Positions 19,538-29,947 of a stretch of DNA of 61,437 bases are shown here, piece after piece. Where the stretch lies: positions 1-61,437 of the forward strand of contig VGSE01000001.1 of the NCBI GenBank assembly GCA_016875135.1, written 5' to 3'. The position numbers were made by a program, and so were the translations under genes. Below the pieces are notes generated by a model, which saw only the letters and a program-made list of their open reading frames with translations, made no database searches and was not told the origin of the DNA. Every line of letters begins with the position of its first letter. Positions within the stretch are counted from its first letter, which is position 1. Source of the stretch: Deltaproteobacteria bacterium (lineage in GTDB: Bacteria > Bdellovibrionota > FAC87 > UBA2466).

Positions 19538-21433
19538 TCAATGTAGCAATTGAGACTGGACTCGTTCCTTTTCAGGCTTCAGGTAAGGAATATATTCAGG
19601 CACCAAGCTTTGAACCCTCTCTTTGAGTTCTAAGGGAACCTCAAAATCCCCCCGTCCTAAAATAGCGTCTAGCTTCAAAGAAAATTTTTCGTCCACATCT
19701 CTAGCTCGAGCTACTCTAATCCTGGGGTGGGCTGTTTCTAAAGTAGACTCCGTTTCGAACAGAACCTCTTCATAAAGCTTTTCCCCAGGCCTTAATCCTG
19801 TATAAACGATCTGAATGTCTTTGCCCTCTTCAAGGCCGTTTAAAGTAATAAGCTGCCTTGCTAAGTCGACAATTTTAACCGGTGCCCCCATATCAAGAAC
19901 GAAAATTTCGCCCCCCTTGCCCAGTACACTCGCCTGCAAAATCAGTTGGGCAGCCTCGGGAATCGACATAAAAAAACGATTCACTTCGGGATGAGTCACG
20001 GTCACAGGCCCGCCTTCTTGAATCTGTTTCAAAAAGAGAGGAATCACACTTCCGGAACTTCCAATGACATTTCCAAACCGAACAATCACAAATTTGGTGG
20101 TTTGAGATTTGGATTGGTAATCTTGACAAATCATCTCAGCAATTCGCTTAGTCGCTCCCATGATGTTGGTAGGATTGACCGCTTTATCAGTGGAAACCAA
20201 AACAAATTTTTCCAATCCATATTCCACAGCGAGCTGGGCTACCATTTTAGTCCCGTGGATATTATTACTGATAGCCTGCTCTGGATTTTTCTCCATGATG
20301 GGAACATGCTTATAAGCGGCTGCATGGATAAGAACTTGTGGTAAGTGCTCAGTAAAAAGTTTTTCCATCTGATCACGCTCTCTCACATCTGCGATAACCC
20401 CTACTAACTGATTTGCAGGAATAACTTTAAAAAGGGCTTGTTCGAGTTGATAAAGATTATACTCAGAGAGTTCAACGACAATGAGTTTTCTCGGTTTAAA
20501 CTTGACAATTTGATAGCACAATTCTGACCCAATCGAACCACCTGCCCCGGTCACTAAAACTGTTTTTCCTTCGATCATTTGGCTTATCTGTTTTTGCTCA
20601 TGAACTACCGCTTTTCGACCTATCAAATCCTCTAATCCAATATTTTGAAGCTGCGTTACATCGATCTGATCCAATAACAAATCGGACATCTTGGGCAGTT
20701 TTTTCAGAGTCGCTTTCACCCCTTGGCAAAGCTCTACAATTCGTCTTAAGTTTTCGGAATTAAGATTGGGAATCGCGAGGATGATTTTTTTAACTTTATA
20801 TCGCTCACAGATTTCAGCAATTTGCTCGGTTGTTCCTGCGACAGGAATCCTATGAATCCATTTATTGACATAGGAACGGTTGTCATCCACAAAAGCTACA
20901 GCCCTCATTTTTAATGAAGGGTTTTTTTGAATACTTCTTGCTAGCTGCTCCCCTGAACTACCGGCACCAATAATAAGAACATTTACCAAATCAGGGCTGC
21001 GTTTATCGATAACAAAAAGCTCACGAAGAAGACGATAAGAAAATCGCCCCCCTCCCAGAAGTACAACTAGAATCAACCAATCGATAATGAGCGATGATCT
21101 TGGAATATGGTCGAGTCGAGTCGTTAAGAATAGTATGAGATAAGACACCATGACGGCCAAAATGGCCCCCCTGACAACTCTAATAAGATCAGGAGCGCTA
21201 GAAAATCGCCAAATGCCTTTGTAAAGCCCGCCTAAATAAAAAACTAGAGATTGAGAAAGGGTCACAACAAGCAAGACATAGTAAAAAGGAAATAATTTAC
21301 CCGAGGCAAATTCAAAATCACCAAAAGCCAACGATAGCGCAACTGTCAAAGCTACCATTGAAGCTACGCAGTCATGGAGCATAGCCAAAAAGGTCTTTTG
21401 CCAGCCTTTTAAGTTATCCAAAACTCTGAGCAT
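19538..21433 (-). CDS. Membrane polysaccharide biosynthesis protein CapD/PglF/WbpM-like (nucleotide-sugar 4,6-dehydratase)
   Basis: 631 aa. It has N-terminal TM segments, two Rossmann motifs (IIGAGSSG and VTGAGGSIGSEL) and an SDR-type catalytic region. Confidence 0.88.
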   Translation of the reverse strand: MLRVLDNLKGWQKTFLAMLHDCVASMVALTVALSLAFGDFEFASGKLFPFYYVLLVVTLSQSLVFYLGGLYKGIWRFSSAPDLIRVVRGAILAVMVSYLILFLTTRLDHIPRSSLIIDWLILVVLLGGGRFSYRLLRELFVIDKRSPDLVNVLIIGAGSSGEQLARSIQKNPSLKMRAVAFVDDNRSYVNKWIHRIPVAGTTEQIAEICERYKVKKIILAIPNLNSENLRRIVELCQGVKATLKKLPKMSDLLLDQIDVTQLQNIGLEDLIGRKAVVHEQKQISQMIEGKTVLVTGAGGSIGSELCYQIVKFKPRKLIVVELSEYNLYQLEQALFKVIPANQLVGVIADVRERDQMEKLFTEHLPQVLIHAAAYKHVPIMEKNPEQAISNNIHGTKMVAQLAVEYGLEKFVLVSTDKAVNPTNIMGATKRIAEMICQDYQSKSQTTKFVIVRFGNVIGSSGSVIPLFLKQIQEGGPVTVTHPEVNRFFMSIPEAAQLILQASVLGKGGEIFVLDMGAPVKIVDLARQLITLNGLEEGKDIQIVYTGLRPGEKLYEEVLFETESTLETAHPRIRVARARDVDEKFSLKLDAILGRGDFEVPLELKERVQSLVPEYIPYLKPEKERVQSQLLH

Positions 21434-21523
21434 CTTTTCCCAAGAACTTGATGTGGTTAAAAGCCCACAGTTTTATCGTGTTTGAGAAGGTTTGCAAGGG
21501 ATTTATCTCAGTCGAAGTATTAA

Positions 21524-21585
21524 ATATCTGCTCCCTTTGAGTGGGCTTTTTAAGAGGTTCAAACGGCCATGAAGTTGGTATAAGT
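21524..21585. mobile_element. Truncated MITE copy (one terminus, about 62 bp)
   Basis: ATATCTGCTCCCTTTGAGTGGGCTTTTTAAGAGGTTCAAACGGCCATGAAGTTGGTATAAG aligns with the termini of copies 1 and 2. Similarity ends at the SDR stop codon (21587-21589). Confidence 0.7.
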
Positions 21586-21586
21586 A

Positions 21587-22354
21587 TTAAAGAGCTTTAG
21601 TGTATCCCCCGTCTGCGAGAATATCGGTTCCGGTGACATAAGTATTGGCATTAGAAACCAGAAATACCGCTACTTTAGCAATCTCCCGGGGCTCGGCAAT
21701 TCTTCCTACCGCTGTCTCCTGAGCCATCGACTCAAAAAAAGCAGGGGATTTCTTTTTTAGATCTTCAAGCCTTGCCGTCCCGGTCGGACCAGGAAGTAGG
21801 TTGTTAACCAAAACCCCAACTCTACCCACTTCTTTGGCTAAACCCTTAGCGTAGGCCGTAAGTCCCGCCCTAAAAGTAGCGCTAACCGGAAGTTTCGGAA
21901 TAATCTCGGCCGCCGAAGTGGAAGTGATCGTAATCATTCTTCCCCATTTTTTCTTTTTCATTCCCGGGATTAGTAATTGGGACAATAAAATGACGCTTCT
22001 TAAAAGCGATTGATACCCTTTATCCCAACCCTCAAGAGAGATCTCAAGCGTCGCTCCAGCAGTGGGACCTCCGACATTATTCACGAGAATATCGACAACC
22101 CCTAGTTTTTGAATCTCCCCCACTACTTTTCGAATTTTTTTCTCGTCATTAAGATCTAGCTCTTTACCAACAATTTTTACCGTAGGGTTCTTTCTTTTAA
22201 GTTTTTTAACTGCAGCCTCTACATTGGAGTAATCACGACTTGCGATAACTACATTTACCCCCTCTTCCACCAAAGCTTCCGCAATCGCAAATCCAATTCC
22301 GCTAGATCCCCCGGTCACTAATGCCATCTTTCCTTTAAGTCCTAAATCCATCAT
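21587..22354 (-). CDS. Short-chain dehydrogenase/reductase
   Basis: It has the VTGGSSGIG cofactor motif, NNVG, and an SDR length of 255 aa. The start overlaps the recG stop by 4 nt. Confidence 0.85.
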   Translation of the reverse strand: MMDLGLKGKMALVTGGSSGIGFAIAEALVEEGVNVVIASRDYSNVEAAVKKLKRKNPTVKIVGKELDLNDEKKIRKVVGEIQKLGVVDILVNNVGGPTAGATLEISLEGWDKGYQSLLRSVILLSQLLIPGMKKKKWGRMITITSTSAAEIIPKLPVSATFRAGLTAYAKGLAKEVGRVGVLVNNLLPGPTGTARLEDLKKKSPAFFESMAQETAVGRIAEPREIAKVAVFLVSNANTYVTGTDILADGGYTKAL

Positions 22355-24429
22355 CCCCCCTTAAGGCGTACCAATTTATCTTTCCAACGACTCTCCACCA
22401 ATAGACAAATTTTCTTATTCTCTGAAGCATTCAAATTAGGATCTTTTTCAAGAAGATTTAGAGCCTCTTCACGAGCAAGATTCAACAAGTGAGAGTCTCG
22501 TAAAATATGGCCCACACGAAACCCTGGAAGCCCACTCTGCCTTGTGCCCAAAAATTCGCCGGGCCCCCTGAGTTTAAGATCCTCTTCCGCAATTTCAAAG
22601 CCGTCCTCAGATCTCTCCATAATTTTCAAACGCTCCGTCACAAAAGCATCGGCCACTAAGATACACTCGCTTTTTAAAGAGCCTCGACCTACACGGCCTC
22701 TCAACTGATGCAATTGAGAAAGCCCTAACCGCTCCGGATGCTCAATAGCAATTAGCGTTGAGTTTGGTACATCAATTCCCACTTCGATCACCGTTGTCGC
22801 GACCAAAATATCATACTGCTTATTTTTAAACTCCAAGAGAATTCTGTCTTTTTCATCAGCTTTCATCTTTCCATGAAGGAGGGCAACCGAATGGTTCGGA
22901 AAAATCTCTTTACGCAACTTCTCATACATTTCGGTTGCAGACTTAAGCTCCAGTTTCTCCGAAGCCTCGATAAGCGGATAAATAATATAAGCCTGTTCTC
23001 CCCTTTGAAGACGCTCCCGAATTTTAGCATAGAGTTTAGGCCTCTCTCGGTCTCTCAAAACAGAGGTAAAAACTGGAATTCGATTGGCCGGCTTTTGTCG
23101 AATCAACGTTAGGTCCAGATCCCCATAGAGAGTAAACGCTAGGGTTCTCGGAATAGGGGTCGCCGTCATCATTAAAAGATGGGCTCCCTCTCCTTTTTGA
23201 ACCAGTGCATTTCTCTGTTCGACTCCGAATCGATGTTGTTCATCTACAATCACAAGCCCCAACTTATGGAACTTGACCCCTTTTTGAAAAAGAGCATGGG
23301 TTCCGATAACCAATTGAGCTCGCCCTGTTCGAATGGAATCCTGAACATCGGGATCACTCGCATTCGAATGGGTCAGCACCAACGGAACCAGTCCTGTTTC
23401 CGGTAATAACTTTTCAGCAGTTCTGAAGTGTTGTTGCGCTAAGAGTTCCGTGGGAGCCATCAGGGCCGTTTGATAGCCGTTTCCCCCCGCAATGACCGCA
23501 GAAGCTAAAGCAACGACCGTTTTTCCCGAACCCACATCCCCCTGAACCAATCGGCTCATCGCAAAATTTCGCTCTAAATCCTTTTCAATGTCTTTAAGAG
23601 CTAAGCTTTGATCTTGAGTTAAATCAAACGGAAGAGACTTTAGAAACTGGGTTAGTTTAGAATTTGAAGATTTAAGTATCGGAGCCTTATCCGTTTTTTG
23701 ATGATGCTTTTTTAACCCCAGCCCCAATTGCAGAATAAAAAACTCTTCAAAAATAATCCTTTTTAAAAACCTTGAAACTTCGTTTTCCTTTGGACACTCT
23801 TCAGGAAAATGAACCTCTTTAAAACTTGTTCTTAAAGTAGGCAAATCGAGGCGAGTTCTCATGGGTTCGGGCAAAGAGTCGTCTAAAGAACCCAGAGATA
23901 GCTTAACCACTTCACCCATCATTCGACGAATCGTTTTTTGGTGCAACCCTTCGGTTTCACTATAAACCGGAACAACTCTTCCAAAATTAAGCGAAGCTTT
24001 GGGTTTCCCTTTTTCAAGCTCACGGATCAACTCATATTCGGGATGATTAATTTGAAGAATCCCTCTAAAAAATTTGACCTCTCCAAAACAAACCAACGTA
24101 TTGCCTTCAGTGAAATCCTCTTTCAATGTCGGATAAGCATGAAACCACGAGAGCATTACGCGCCCCGTCTCATCCCCTGCAACCACTTCAAGACGGGCTT
24201 TGCGACCTAGACGAATCTCTCTTTGTGATGCGACTTTAACTAAAACTGTAGCGTTTTGGTTAGGTTTCAAATCTCGACATTTAGTAATGCGACGACGGTC
24301 TTCGTAAGTACGCGGTAAGAAATAAAGCGCATCTTCTAAGGTCGAAATGCCCTTTTTGGACAAAACTTGAGCAAGCTTAGGACCTACACCTTTGATAAAT
24401 TGGATGTCGGTCGAAAGAACATCACTCAT
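22351..24429 (-). CDS. recG: ATP-dependent DNA helicase RecG
   Basis: 692 aa with a wedge-domain N-terminus, Walker A GDVGSGKT and DEQHRFG. It overlaps greA by 8 nt. Confidence 0.92.
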   Translation of the reverse strand: MSDVLSTDIQFIKGVGPKLAQVLSKKGISTLEDALYFLPRTYEDRRRITKCRDLKPNQNATVLVKVASQREIRLGRKARLEVVAGDETGRVMLSWFHAYPTLKEDFTEGNTLVCFGEVKFFRGILQINHPEYELIRELEKGKPKASLNFGRVVPVYSETEGLHQKTIRRMMGEVVKLSLGSLDDSLPEPMRTRLDLPTLRTSFKEVHFPEECPKENEVSRFLKRIIFEEFFILQLGLGLKKHHQKTDKAPILKSSNSKLTQFLKSLPFDLTQDQSLALKDIEKDLERNFAMSRLVQGDVGSGKTVVALASAVIAGGNGYQTALMAPTELLAQQHFRTAEKLLPETGLVPLVLTHSNASDPDVQDSIRTGRAQLVIGTHALFQKGVKFHKLGLVIVDEQHRFGVEQRNALVQKGEGAHLLMMTATPIPRTLAFTLYGDLDLTLIRQKPANRIPVFTSVLRDRERPKLYAKIRERLQRGEQAYIIYPLIEASEKLELKSATEMYEKLRKEIFPNHSVALLHGKMKADEKDRILLEFKNKQYDILVATTVIEVGIDVPNSTLIAIEHPERLGLSQLHQLRGRVGRGSLKSECILVADAFVTERLKIMERSEDGFEIAEEDLKLRGPGEFLGTRQSGLPGFRVGHILRDSHLLNLAREEALNLLEKDPNLNASENKKICLLVESRWKDKLVRLKGG

Positions 24430-24895
24430 ACTTGACGCTTAAAATCTCATACTCGATTTCCCCTTTGGGGACTCGAACGGTTACAGAATCACCTTCACGC
24501 TTATTTAAAAGCTGACGAGCCACAGGAGACTCAATGGAGATTTTCCCCTGTTTGATATCTGCTTCATCAGTTCCCACGATAGAGTAGTTTTTAATCTCTT
24601 CAGAATCCAGATCTTTCAATTGAATAATTGCTCCAAAAACAATTTTGTCGGTACGAATTTGTGTTGTGTCTACAACTTGAGCTCGAGCCAACTTATCCTC
24701 AATCTCTTTAATTCGACCTTCGATAAAAGCCTGCTTCTCTTTTGCAGCATCATATTCGGCATTTTCAGATAAATCACCGTGGGCTCGAGCAGTTGCGATT
24801 TCTTGAATCACCTTCGGGCGCTCAATCGTTTTTAAGTGCTTCAACTCTTCATTTAATTTATTTTTACCTTGAATTGTCATAGGAATAGAGCTCAT
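24422..24895 (-). CDS. greA: Transcription elongation factor GreA
   Basis: 157 aa. It has a coiled-coil N-terminus with acidic-tip residues (GDLSENAEYDAAKE) and a GreA C-terminal domain. Confidence 0.92.
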   Translation of the reverse strand: MSSIPMTIQGKNKLNEELKHLKTIERPKVIQEIATARAHGDLSENAEYDAAKEKQAFIEGRIKEIEDKLARAQVVDTTQIRTDKIVFGAIIQLKDLDSEEIKNYSIVGTDEADIKQGKISIESPVARQLLNKREGDSVTVRVPKGEIEYEILSVKYE

Positions 24896-24931
24896 TTTGA
24901 ATCACCTTTCACAAATTTCTCAATGGGAACT

Positions 24932-27900
24932 TTACCGATCTTGGAGGCAATGAGTCCCTGAATTAATTTTTTTCATTTCTGAGATTGCCTGAACTCCGGC
25001 TTTGGCGGAAGCAATAGTTGTAAAGTAACAAAGGTTCCGCATTAAAGTAGCGCGCCTTAATTCAAAGGCCGCCCCAACCTCATGAACACCCAAAGCTGAA
25101 GTGTTGATCACAAGCTGGATCTCACCATTTTTGATATGGTCTACCACATGTGGTCGCCCTTCGTTGACTTTATTTACAGTAGAAATCTTAATATTTGCCT
25201 GACTCAGAGCTTCAGCCGTTCCTCGGGTTCCACAAAGCTCAAACCCTAATTTTGACAGCTGAACGGCAATGTTTTTCGCCACTTCTTTGTCGTCGTCTTT
25301 TACGCTCAAGAAGGCTTTACCCGATTTAGGTAAAGGAAAACCAGCTGCAATCGTTGATTTTCCAAATGCTTCACCAAAGGTTTTGCCCACTCCCATCACT
25401 TCCCCGGTCGACCTCATTTCAGGCCCTAAAATCACATCGGTGCCGGTAAATCTTTGAAATGGGAAGACCGACTCTTTCACATAAACCAAATCCATCGGTT
25501 TTTCTTGTACCTTCAAATCTTTTAACTTTTTACCCATCATCACTTTCATTGCTATTTTGGCGTACGGAATCCCTTTGGCTTTGCTCGCAAAGGGAACAGT
25601 TCGAGAGGCACGAGGATTAACTTCTAGAACAAAAATCTCCCCCTTCTCAATGGCGAATTGAATATTGATGAGCCCTTTAACTTTAAGCTCCAGAGCAATG
25701 ACCCGAGTCTGTCTTTCAAGCTCTTTTTGTATTTCAGTCGACAAAGTCATTGGCGGCAGAGAACAGGCCGAATCCCCTGAGTGAACTCCCGCCTCTTGAA
25801 TCTGCTCCATCATCCCGACAATTTCGACATCATCGCCATCACAAATTGCATCCACATCGACTTCAGTCGCATTATTTAAAAACCTGTCAATGAGAAGAGG
25901 TGACTCCTCTGAAATTTCAGTTCCCTTCAACAACCATTTTTGAAAGTCCCGGCTGTTATAAATGATCTCCATTCCTCTGCCTCCTAGGACAAAAGAAGGT
26001 CGAACCAATAAAGGAAACCCTAGTTGTTCAGCCGCTTCTAAAGCCCTATCCGGATCGTTCACGGTAACACTCTCGGGCTGTTTAATCTCTAATTTGTAAC
26101 AAAGGGCTCGAAACTTGTCCCGGTCCTCTGCAATTTCAATCGCTTCAGCCGAAGTGCCCATGATAGGCAGGTTAAGTTTGGCCAATTTGCGGCTTAAATT
26201 GAGCGGTGTCTGACCGCCAAAATGGACCACAATCCCTTCCGGTTTTTCTTTGTCGATAATGTGAAGAATATCCTCTAAAAACAGCGGTTCGAAATACAGC
26301 TTATTACTAATATCGTAATCAGTACTGACCGTCTCCGGATTACAATTCACCATGATACTCTCATAGCCCTCTTCCCTAATCGCAAAAGAGGCCTGTACAC
26401 AGCAATAATCAAATTCAATCCCTTGCCCAATTCGATTGGGACCACCTCCCAATATAACAACTTTTTTGGCTTTGGATTGAGAAGGAAGATCGTCCCCTTT
26501 TTTCTCGTAAGCGGAATAGTAGTACGGTGTTGTTGAGATGAATTCAGCCGAGCAAGTATCGACCATCTTGTAAACCGGTTTTAAATGAAGCTGCTCCCGT
26601 TTTGCTCTAACTTGCTCTGCGGAAGATTTTAAAAAGTAGGCAATTCCGTTATCCGAGAAACCCATTCGTTTCCAATGACGAAGCTCTTCAAAGGGAACAT
26701 CATTTAGTCGTCCTGCCCAATGAGAAATTCGTTTTTCCTCCGTTACAATCTCTTCAATATTTCTTAAAAACCAGGGGTCGATATGAGTTATAACGTGGAT
26801 CTCGTCAAGAGAAAGACCTTCCCTAAAGGCCTGTGCTAACCAAATCAGACGGTCAGCTTTAGGCGTTTGAATGTACTGCCGAACTCCCTCGACCCAACTT
26901 GTCCCCGATCGCAACTTTCGGCGCTCCGAAATCGGATTAAATCCCCACCATTTATTTTCAAGAGAACGCATCGCTTTTTGAAGAGACTCTTTGAAAGTTC
27001 TTCCGATAGCCATCGCCTCACCTACCGACTTCATCGCTGGCGACAATTTAGGATCCGAATTTGGAAATTTCTCAAAAGCAAAACGGGGAATTTTAGTGAC
27101 TACATAATCGATGCTTGGTTCAAAACAGGACGGGGTCTTCTTAGTGATGTCATTTGGAATTTCATCTAAGGTATAGCCAATCGCTAATTTAGTCGCAATT
27201 CTCGCAATGGGGAAGCCGGTCGCCTTTGAAGCTAAGGCCGAGCTACGCGAAACTCTGGGATTCATTTCAATCGCTACTTGACGGCCCGTTTTAGGATCAA
27301 CTGCAAACTGAATATTGGATCCCCCAGTGTCGACACCAACGGCTCTAATAATTCTTAAAGACGCATCTCGCATCTGTTGATATTCTTGATCGGTCAATGT
27401 TTGCGCTGGCGCCACCGTAATACTGTCTCCGGTATGCACACCCATCGGATCAAAATTTTCTATTGAACAAACAATAACCACATTGTCTTTTGAGTCACGA
27501 ACAACTTCTAGCTCATACTCTTTCCATCCCAATACGGACTCTTCAATGAGAACTTCACTCACCGGAGAAGCTTCAAGCCCCTTAGCACATTCAATCCGAA
27601 ACTCTTCAATGTTATAAGCAAAAGCCGCCCCGGTTCCACCCAACGTAAAAGAAGCTCGAATAACCACTGGGAATCCGATTCTCTCCACAACCTGAACGCC
27701 TTGTTCCAGATTTTTTGCCAAACCGCTTTTCGGGAAATCAACTCCCACTTGAGTTAAAACTTCTTTGAAACTCTCTCGAGACTCAGCCAGCTTGATGGCA
27801 CGCTCTTTGGCTCCAATGAGCTCGACTTGGTATTTTTTTAAGATCCCCTTTTCTGAAAGAGCCATCGCTAAATTAAGAGCCGTTTGTCCGCCCATGGTGG

Positions 27901-28162
27901 GCAAAATAGCTTGTGGGCGCTCCTTGGCGATCACATCCGCTAAATAGTCCACTGTCAGGGGTTCGATATAGGTTCGGTGAGCAAACTCCGGATCGGTCAT
28001 GATTGTAGCAGGATTGCTATTCACCAAAACGACTTCGTATCCTTCTTCTTTCAGAGCCTTGCAGGCTTGAGTTCCCGAGTAATCAAACTCGCAGGCCTGA
28101 CCTATCACAATAGGTCCCGAGCCGATGAGAAGTATCTTTTTGATGTCGGTACGTTTAGGCAT
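24932..28162 (-). CDS. carB: Carbamoyl-phosphate synthase large subunit
   Basis: It has duplicated ATP-grasp halves and an MGS-like C-terminus. The conserved N-terminus [30 protein letters not shown] places the start at 28162, not 28201. Confidence 0.95.
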   Translation of the reverse strand: MPKRTDIKKILLIGSGPIVIGQACEFDYSGTQACKALKEEGYEVVLVNSNPATIMTDPEFAHRTYIEPLTVDYLADVIAKERPQAILPTMGGQTALNLAMALSEKGILKKYQVELIGAKERAIKLAESRESFKEVLTQVGVDFPKSGLAKNLEQGVQVVERIGFPVVIRASFTLGGTGAAFAYNIEEFRIECAKGLEASPVSEVLIEESVLGWKEYELEVVRDSKDNVVIVCSIENFDPMGVHTGDSITVAPAQTLTDQEYQQMRDASLRIIRAVGVDTGGSNIQFAVDPKTGRQVAIEMNPRVSRSSALASKATGFPIARIATKLAIGYTLDEIPNDITKKTPSCFEPSIDYVVTKIPRFAFEKFPNSDPKLSPAMKSVGEAMAIGRTFKESLQKAMRSLENKWWGFNPISERRKLRSGTSWVEGVRQYIQTPKADRLIWLAQAFREGLSLDEIHVITHIDPWFLRNIEEIVTEEKRISHWAGRLNDVPFEELRHWKRMGFSDNGIAYFLKSSAEQVRAKREQLHLKPVYKMVDTCSAEFISTTPYYYSAYEKKGDDLPSQSKAKKVVILGGGPNRIGQGIEFDYCCVQASFAIREEGYESIMVNCNPETVSTDYDISNKLYFEPLFLEDILHIIDKEKPEGIVVHFGGQTPLNLSRKLAKLNLPIMGTSAEAIEIAEDRDKFRALCYKLEIKQPESVTVNDPDRALEAAEQLGFPLLVRPSFVLGGRGMEIIYNSRDFQKWLLKGTEISEESPLLIDRFLNNATEVDVDAICDGDDVEIVGMMEQIQEAGVHSGDSACSLPPMTLSTEIQKELERQTRVIALELKVKGLINIQFAIEKGEIFVLEVNPRASRTVPFASKAKGIPYAKIAMKVMMGKKLKDLKVQEKPMDLVYVKESVFPFQRFTGTDVILGPEMRSTGEVMGVGKTFGEAFGKSTIAAGFPLPKSGKAFLSVKDDDKEVAKNIAVQLSKLGFELCGTRGTAEALSQANIKISTVNKVNEGRPHVVDHIKNGEIQLVINTSALGVHEVGAAFELRRATLMRNLCYFTTIASAKAGVQAISEMKKINSGTHCLQDR

Positions 28163-28166
28163 GAAA

Positions 28167-28841
28167 TTAAATCCTACTGTTATCGTCGTAAATTCGTTCA
28201 ATGGGCATATGATCGTAGATTCTGTGTTTCAAATACATTCCGACCAACAGCCACAACCAAGTTTGATAGGTATCGAAATCCTTTGATTTTTTAAATTCTT
28301 TAACTTTTTTCTTAATATAATCGTGAACGGTCACCGGATGAAATGAAGGTTTTCTAACGAAATTAAAATAGGGCTTATTCTCTTGTTCTTCCTTCACTAA
28401 TCGCCCCTCTAAAATATCCCCTCGAGAAAAACCGACAAACTCACTAGGAACTCGATGATGAAGTTCAAAAGTCTTTCCGGTAAAAAGTTCTTTAACTTTG
28501 AGAAGGGTCTCAGTCACTTTTGTGACTTCATAAAGCCCACGAGTGTTACCTTCTTTAACTTGCGCCCATTCAGATTGAATATTTTCGGGCAAATCGCTCA
28601 TTTCATCAGGAAGGCGTCTCTCAAAAACACACCAATCATAAAAAAAGTCCCACAGGTCTTCGATCAATTCAGTTCTTTCCGGGTGAGTTAAAGTGATTCT
28701 CAAACGAGAATGAAAATCACGGCGAAGCTCTGCCAAAGTTACTTTATCGGTGACTTTGATAATTCGCTCTACGATAGATTCAAATTGGGGATGAGCCACA
28801 CTCGAAATCTGACCTGGTTTTTCGTCACTTAGTTGACTCAT
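28167..28841 (-). CDS. Hypothetical protein X, translationally coupled between carA and carB
   Basis: 224-aa ORF. Its start forms an ATGA overlap with the carA stop, and its stop lies 4 nt before the carB ATG. No domain recognised. Confidence 0.6.
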   Translation of the reverse strand: MSQLSDEKPGQISSVAHPQFESIVERIIKVTDKVTLAELRRDFHSRLRITLTHPERTELIEDLWDFFYDWCVFERRLPDEMSDLPENIQSEWAQVKEGNTRGLYEVTKVTETLLKVKELFTGKTFELHHRVPSEFVGFSRGDILEGRLVKEEQENKPYFNFVRKPSFHPVTVHDYIKKKVKEFKKSKDFDTYQTWLWLLVGMYLKHRIYDHMPIERIYDDNSRI

Positions 28842-29947
28842 TGGATGAACCCTCGGATGAAATGTTCAAAAATATAACTTGCGTCACTTGGACCCGGAGC
28901 ACTCTCGGGATGAAACTGAACACTGTAGAATTTCAAACTCTCGGAGCAAAACCCTTCGACAGTCCCGTCATTTAAATTGATGTGATTAAGCTGAACCTCT
29001 TTACCCGGTAAAGTCTCCGCCCTTACGGCAAATCCGTGGTTTTGAGACGTAATAATAATTTTATTGTTGCTTAAATCTTTTACCGGGTGATTGATTCCAT
29101 GATGGCCAAATTTAAGCTTGTAAGTTTGTGCTCCCACAGCTCGGGCCAACAACTGGTGGCCCATGCAAATCGCCAACATGGGCACCTTACCAATAAGCTT
29201 TTGAATTTGACCGACACTGTTTGGCACCGTCGCGGGATCCCCGGGACCATTAGAAAGCAAAATGGCTTTGGGAGAGTACTTCATCACCTCTTCAGCCGGC
29301 ATATTGAAGGGAACCACTTGAACTTTAAATCCCCTTTTTCCAAAGTGCCTTAAGATGTTCCACTTCACTCCAAAGTCATACACCACTATAGTTCCGGCAT
29401 TCTGTTTCCACCCCTCTTCCGAAAACAGATAAGGCTCTTTGCAACTCACTTTAGAAACCAGATCCAATCCTTCCATCAAGGGGACCGATTTTAAGAGTTG
29501 TTCAGCTTGGACTTTAAACTCTGAAGCTTTTAATCCCTTCGTTGGAAAAATCACTGCACGCTGAGCCCCTTCATCTCTCAAAATTTGTGTGATCTCTCTC
29601 GTATCCACTTCACCGATCGCAGGGACCTTGGCCATTGCCAAATAATCGCTAAGTGTCTGGACAGATCGCCAATTCGAAGGAACCGGGCAGTATTCTCGGA
29701 CCACAACCCCGCTTAGTAACAACGAAGAGGATTCTAAATCCTGTCTATTAATACCGGTATTGCCAATCTGAGAACTTCCCATAACGACAATTTGATTGAG
29801 ATAGGAGGGATCGGTGTAAATTTCCTGATAGCCACTCATCCCTGTATTAAAAACCGCTTCGCCCCCTTTAGAAATTTCCGAGCCAAATCCCTTACCTTCA
29901 AAGAGATGCCCTTTTTCTAAATAAAGAGCGGCTTCAAAAAAGCTCAT
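28838..29947 (-). CDS. carA: Carbamoyl-phosphate synthase small (glutaminase) subunit
   Basis: The conserved start is MSFFEAALYLEKGHLFEGKGFG at 29947, forming an ATGA overlap with the pyrC stop. The nucleophile motif is LAICMGHQLL, and the HPE region is FHPES. Confidence 0.92.
   Translation of the reverse strand: MSFFEAALYLEKGHLFEGKGFGSEISKGGEAVFNTGMSGYQEIYTDPSYLNQIVVMGSSQIGNTGINRQDLESSSLLLSGVVVREYCPVPSNWRSVQTLSDYLAMAKVPAIGEVDTREITQILRDEGAQRAVIFPTKGLKASEFKVQAEQLLKSVPLMEGLDLVSKVSCKEPYLFSEEGWKQNAGTIVVYDFGVKWNILRHFGKRGFKVQVVPFNMPAEEVMKYSPKAILLSNGPGDPATVPNSVGQIQKLIGKVPMLAICMGHQLLARAVGAQTYKLKFGHHGINHPVKDLSNNKIIITSQNHGFAVRAETLPGKEVQLNHINLNDGTVEGFCSESLKFYSVQFHPESAPGPSDASYIFEHFIRGFIQ

Noticed and set aside
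19946-20344. Long ORFs lie antisense to or overlapping annotated genes in the track: 19946-20344, 42769-43194, 27977-28294, 4597-4905, 42098-42388, 30907-31194 and others.
   Set aside because: All lie opposite to, or out of frame with, genes that carry clear family motifs. Their translations are low-complexity or Ser/Arg/Leu-rich, as expected for antisense frames. None has an SD.
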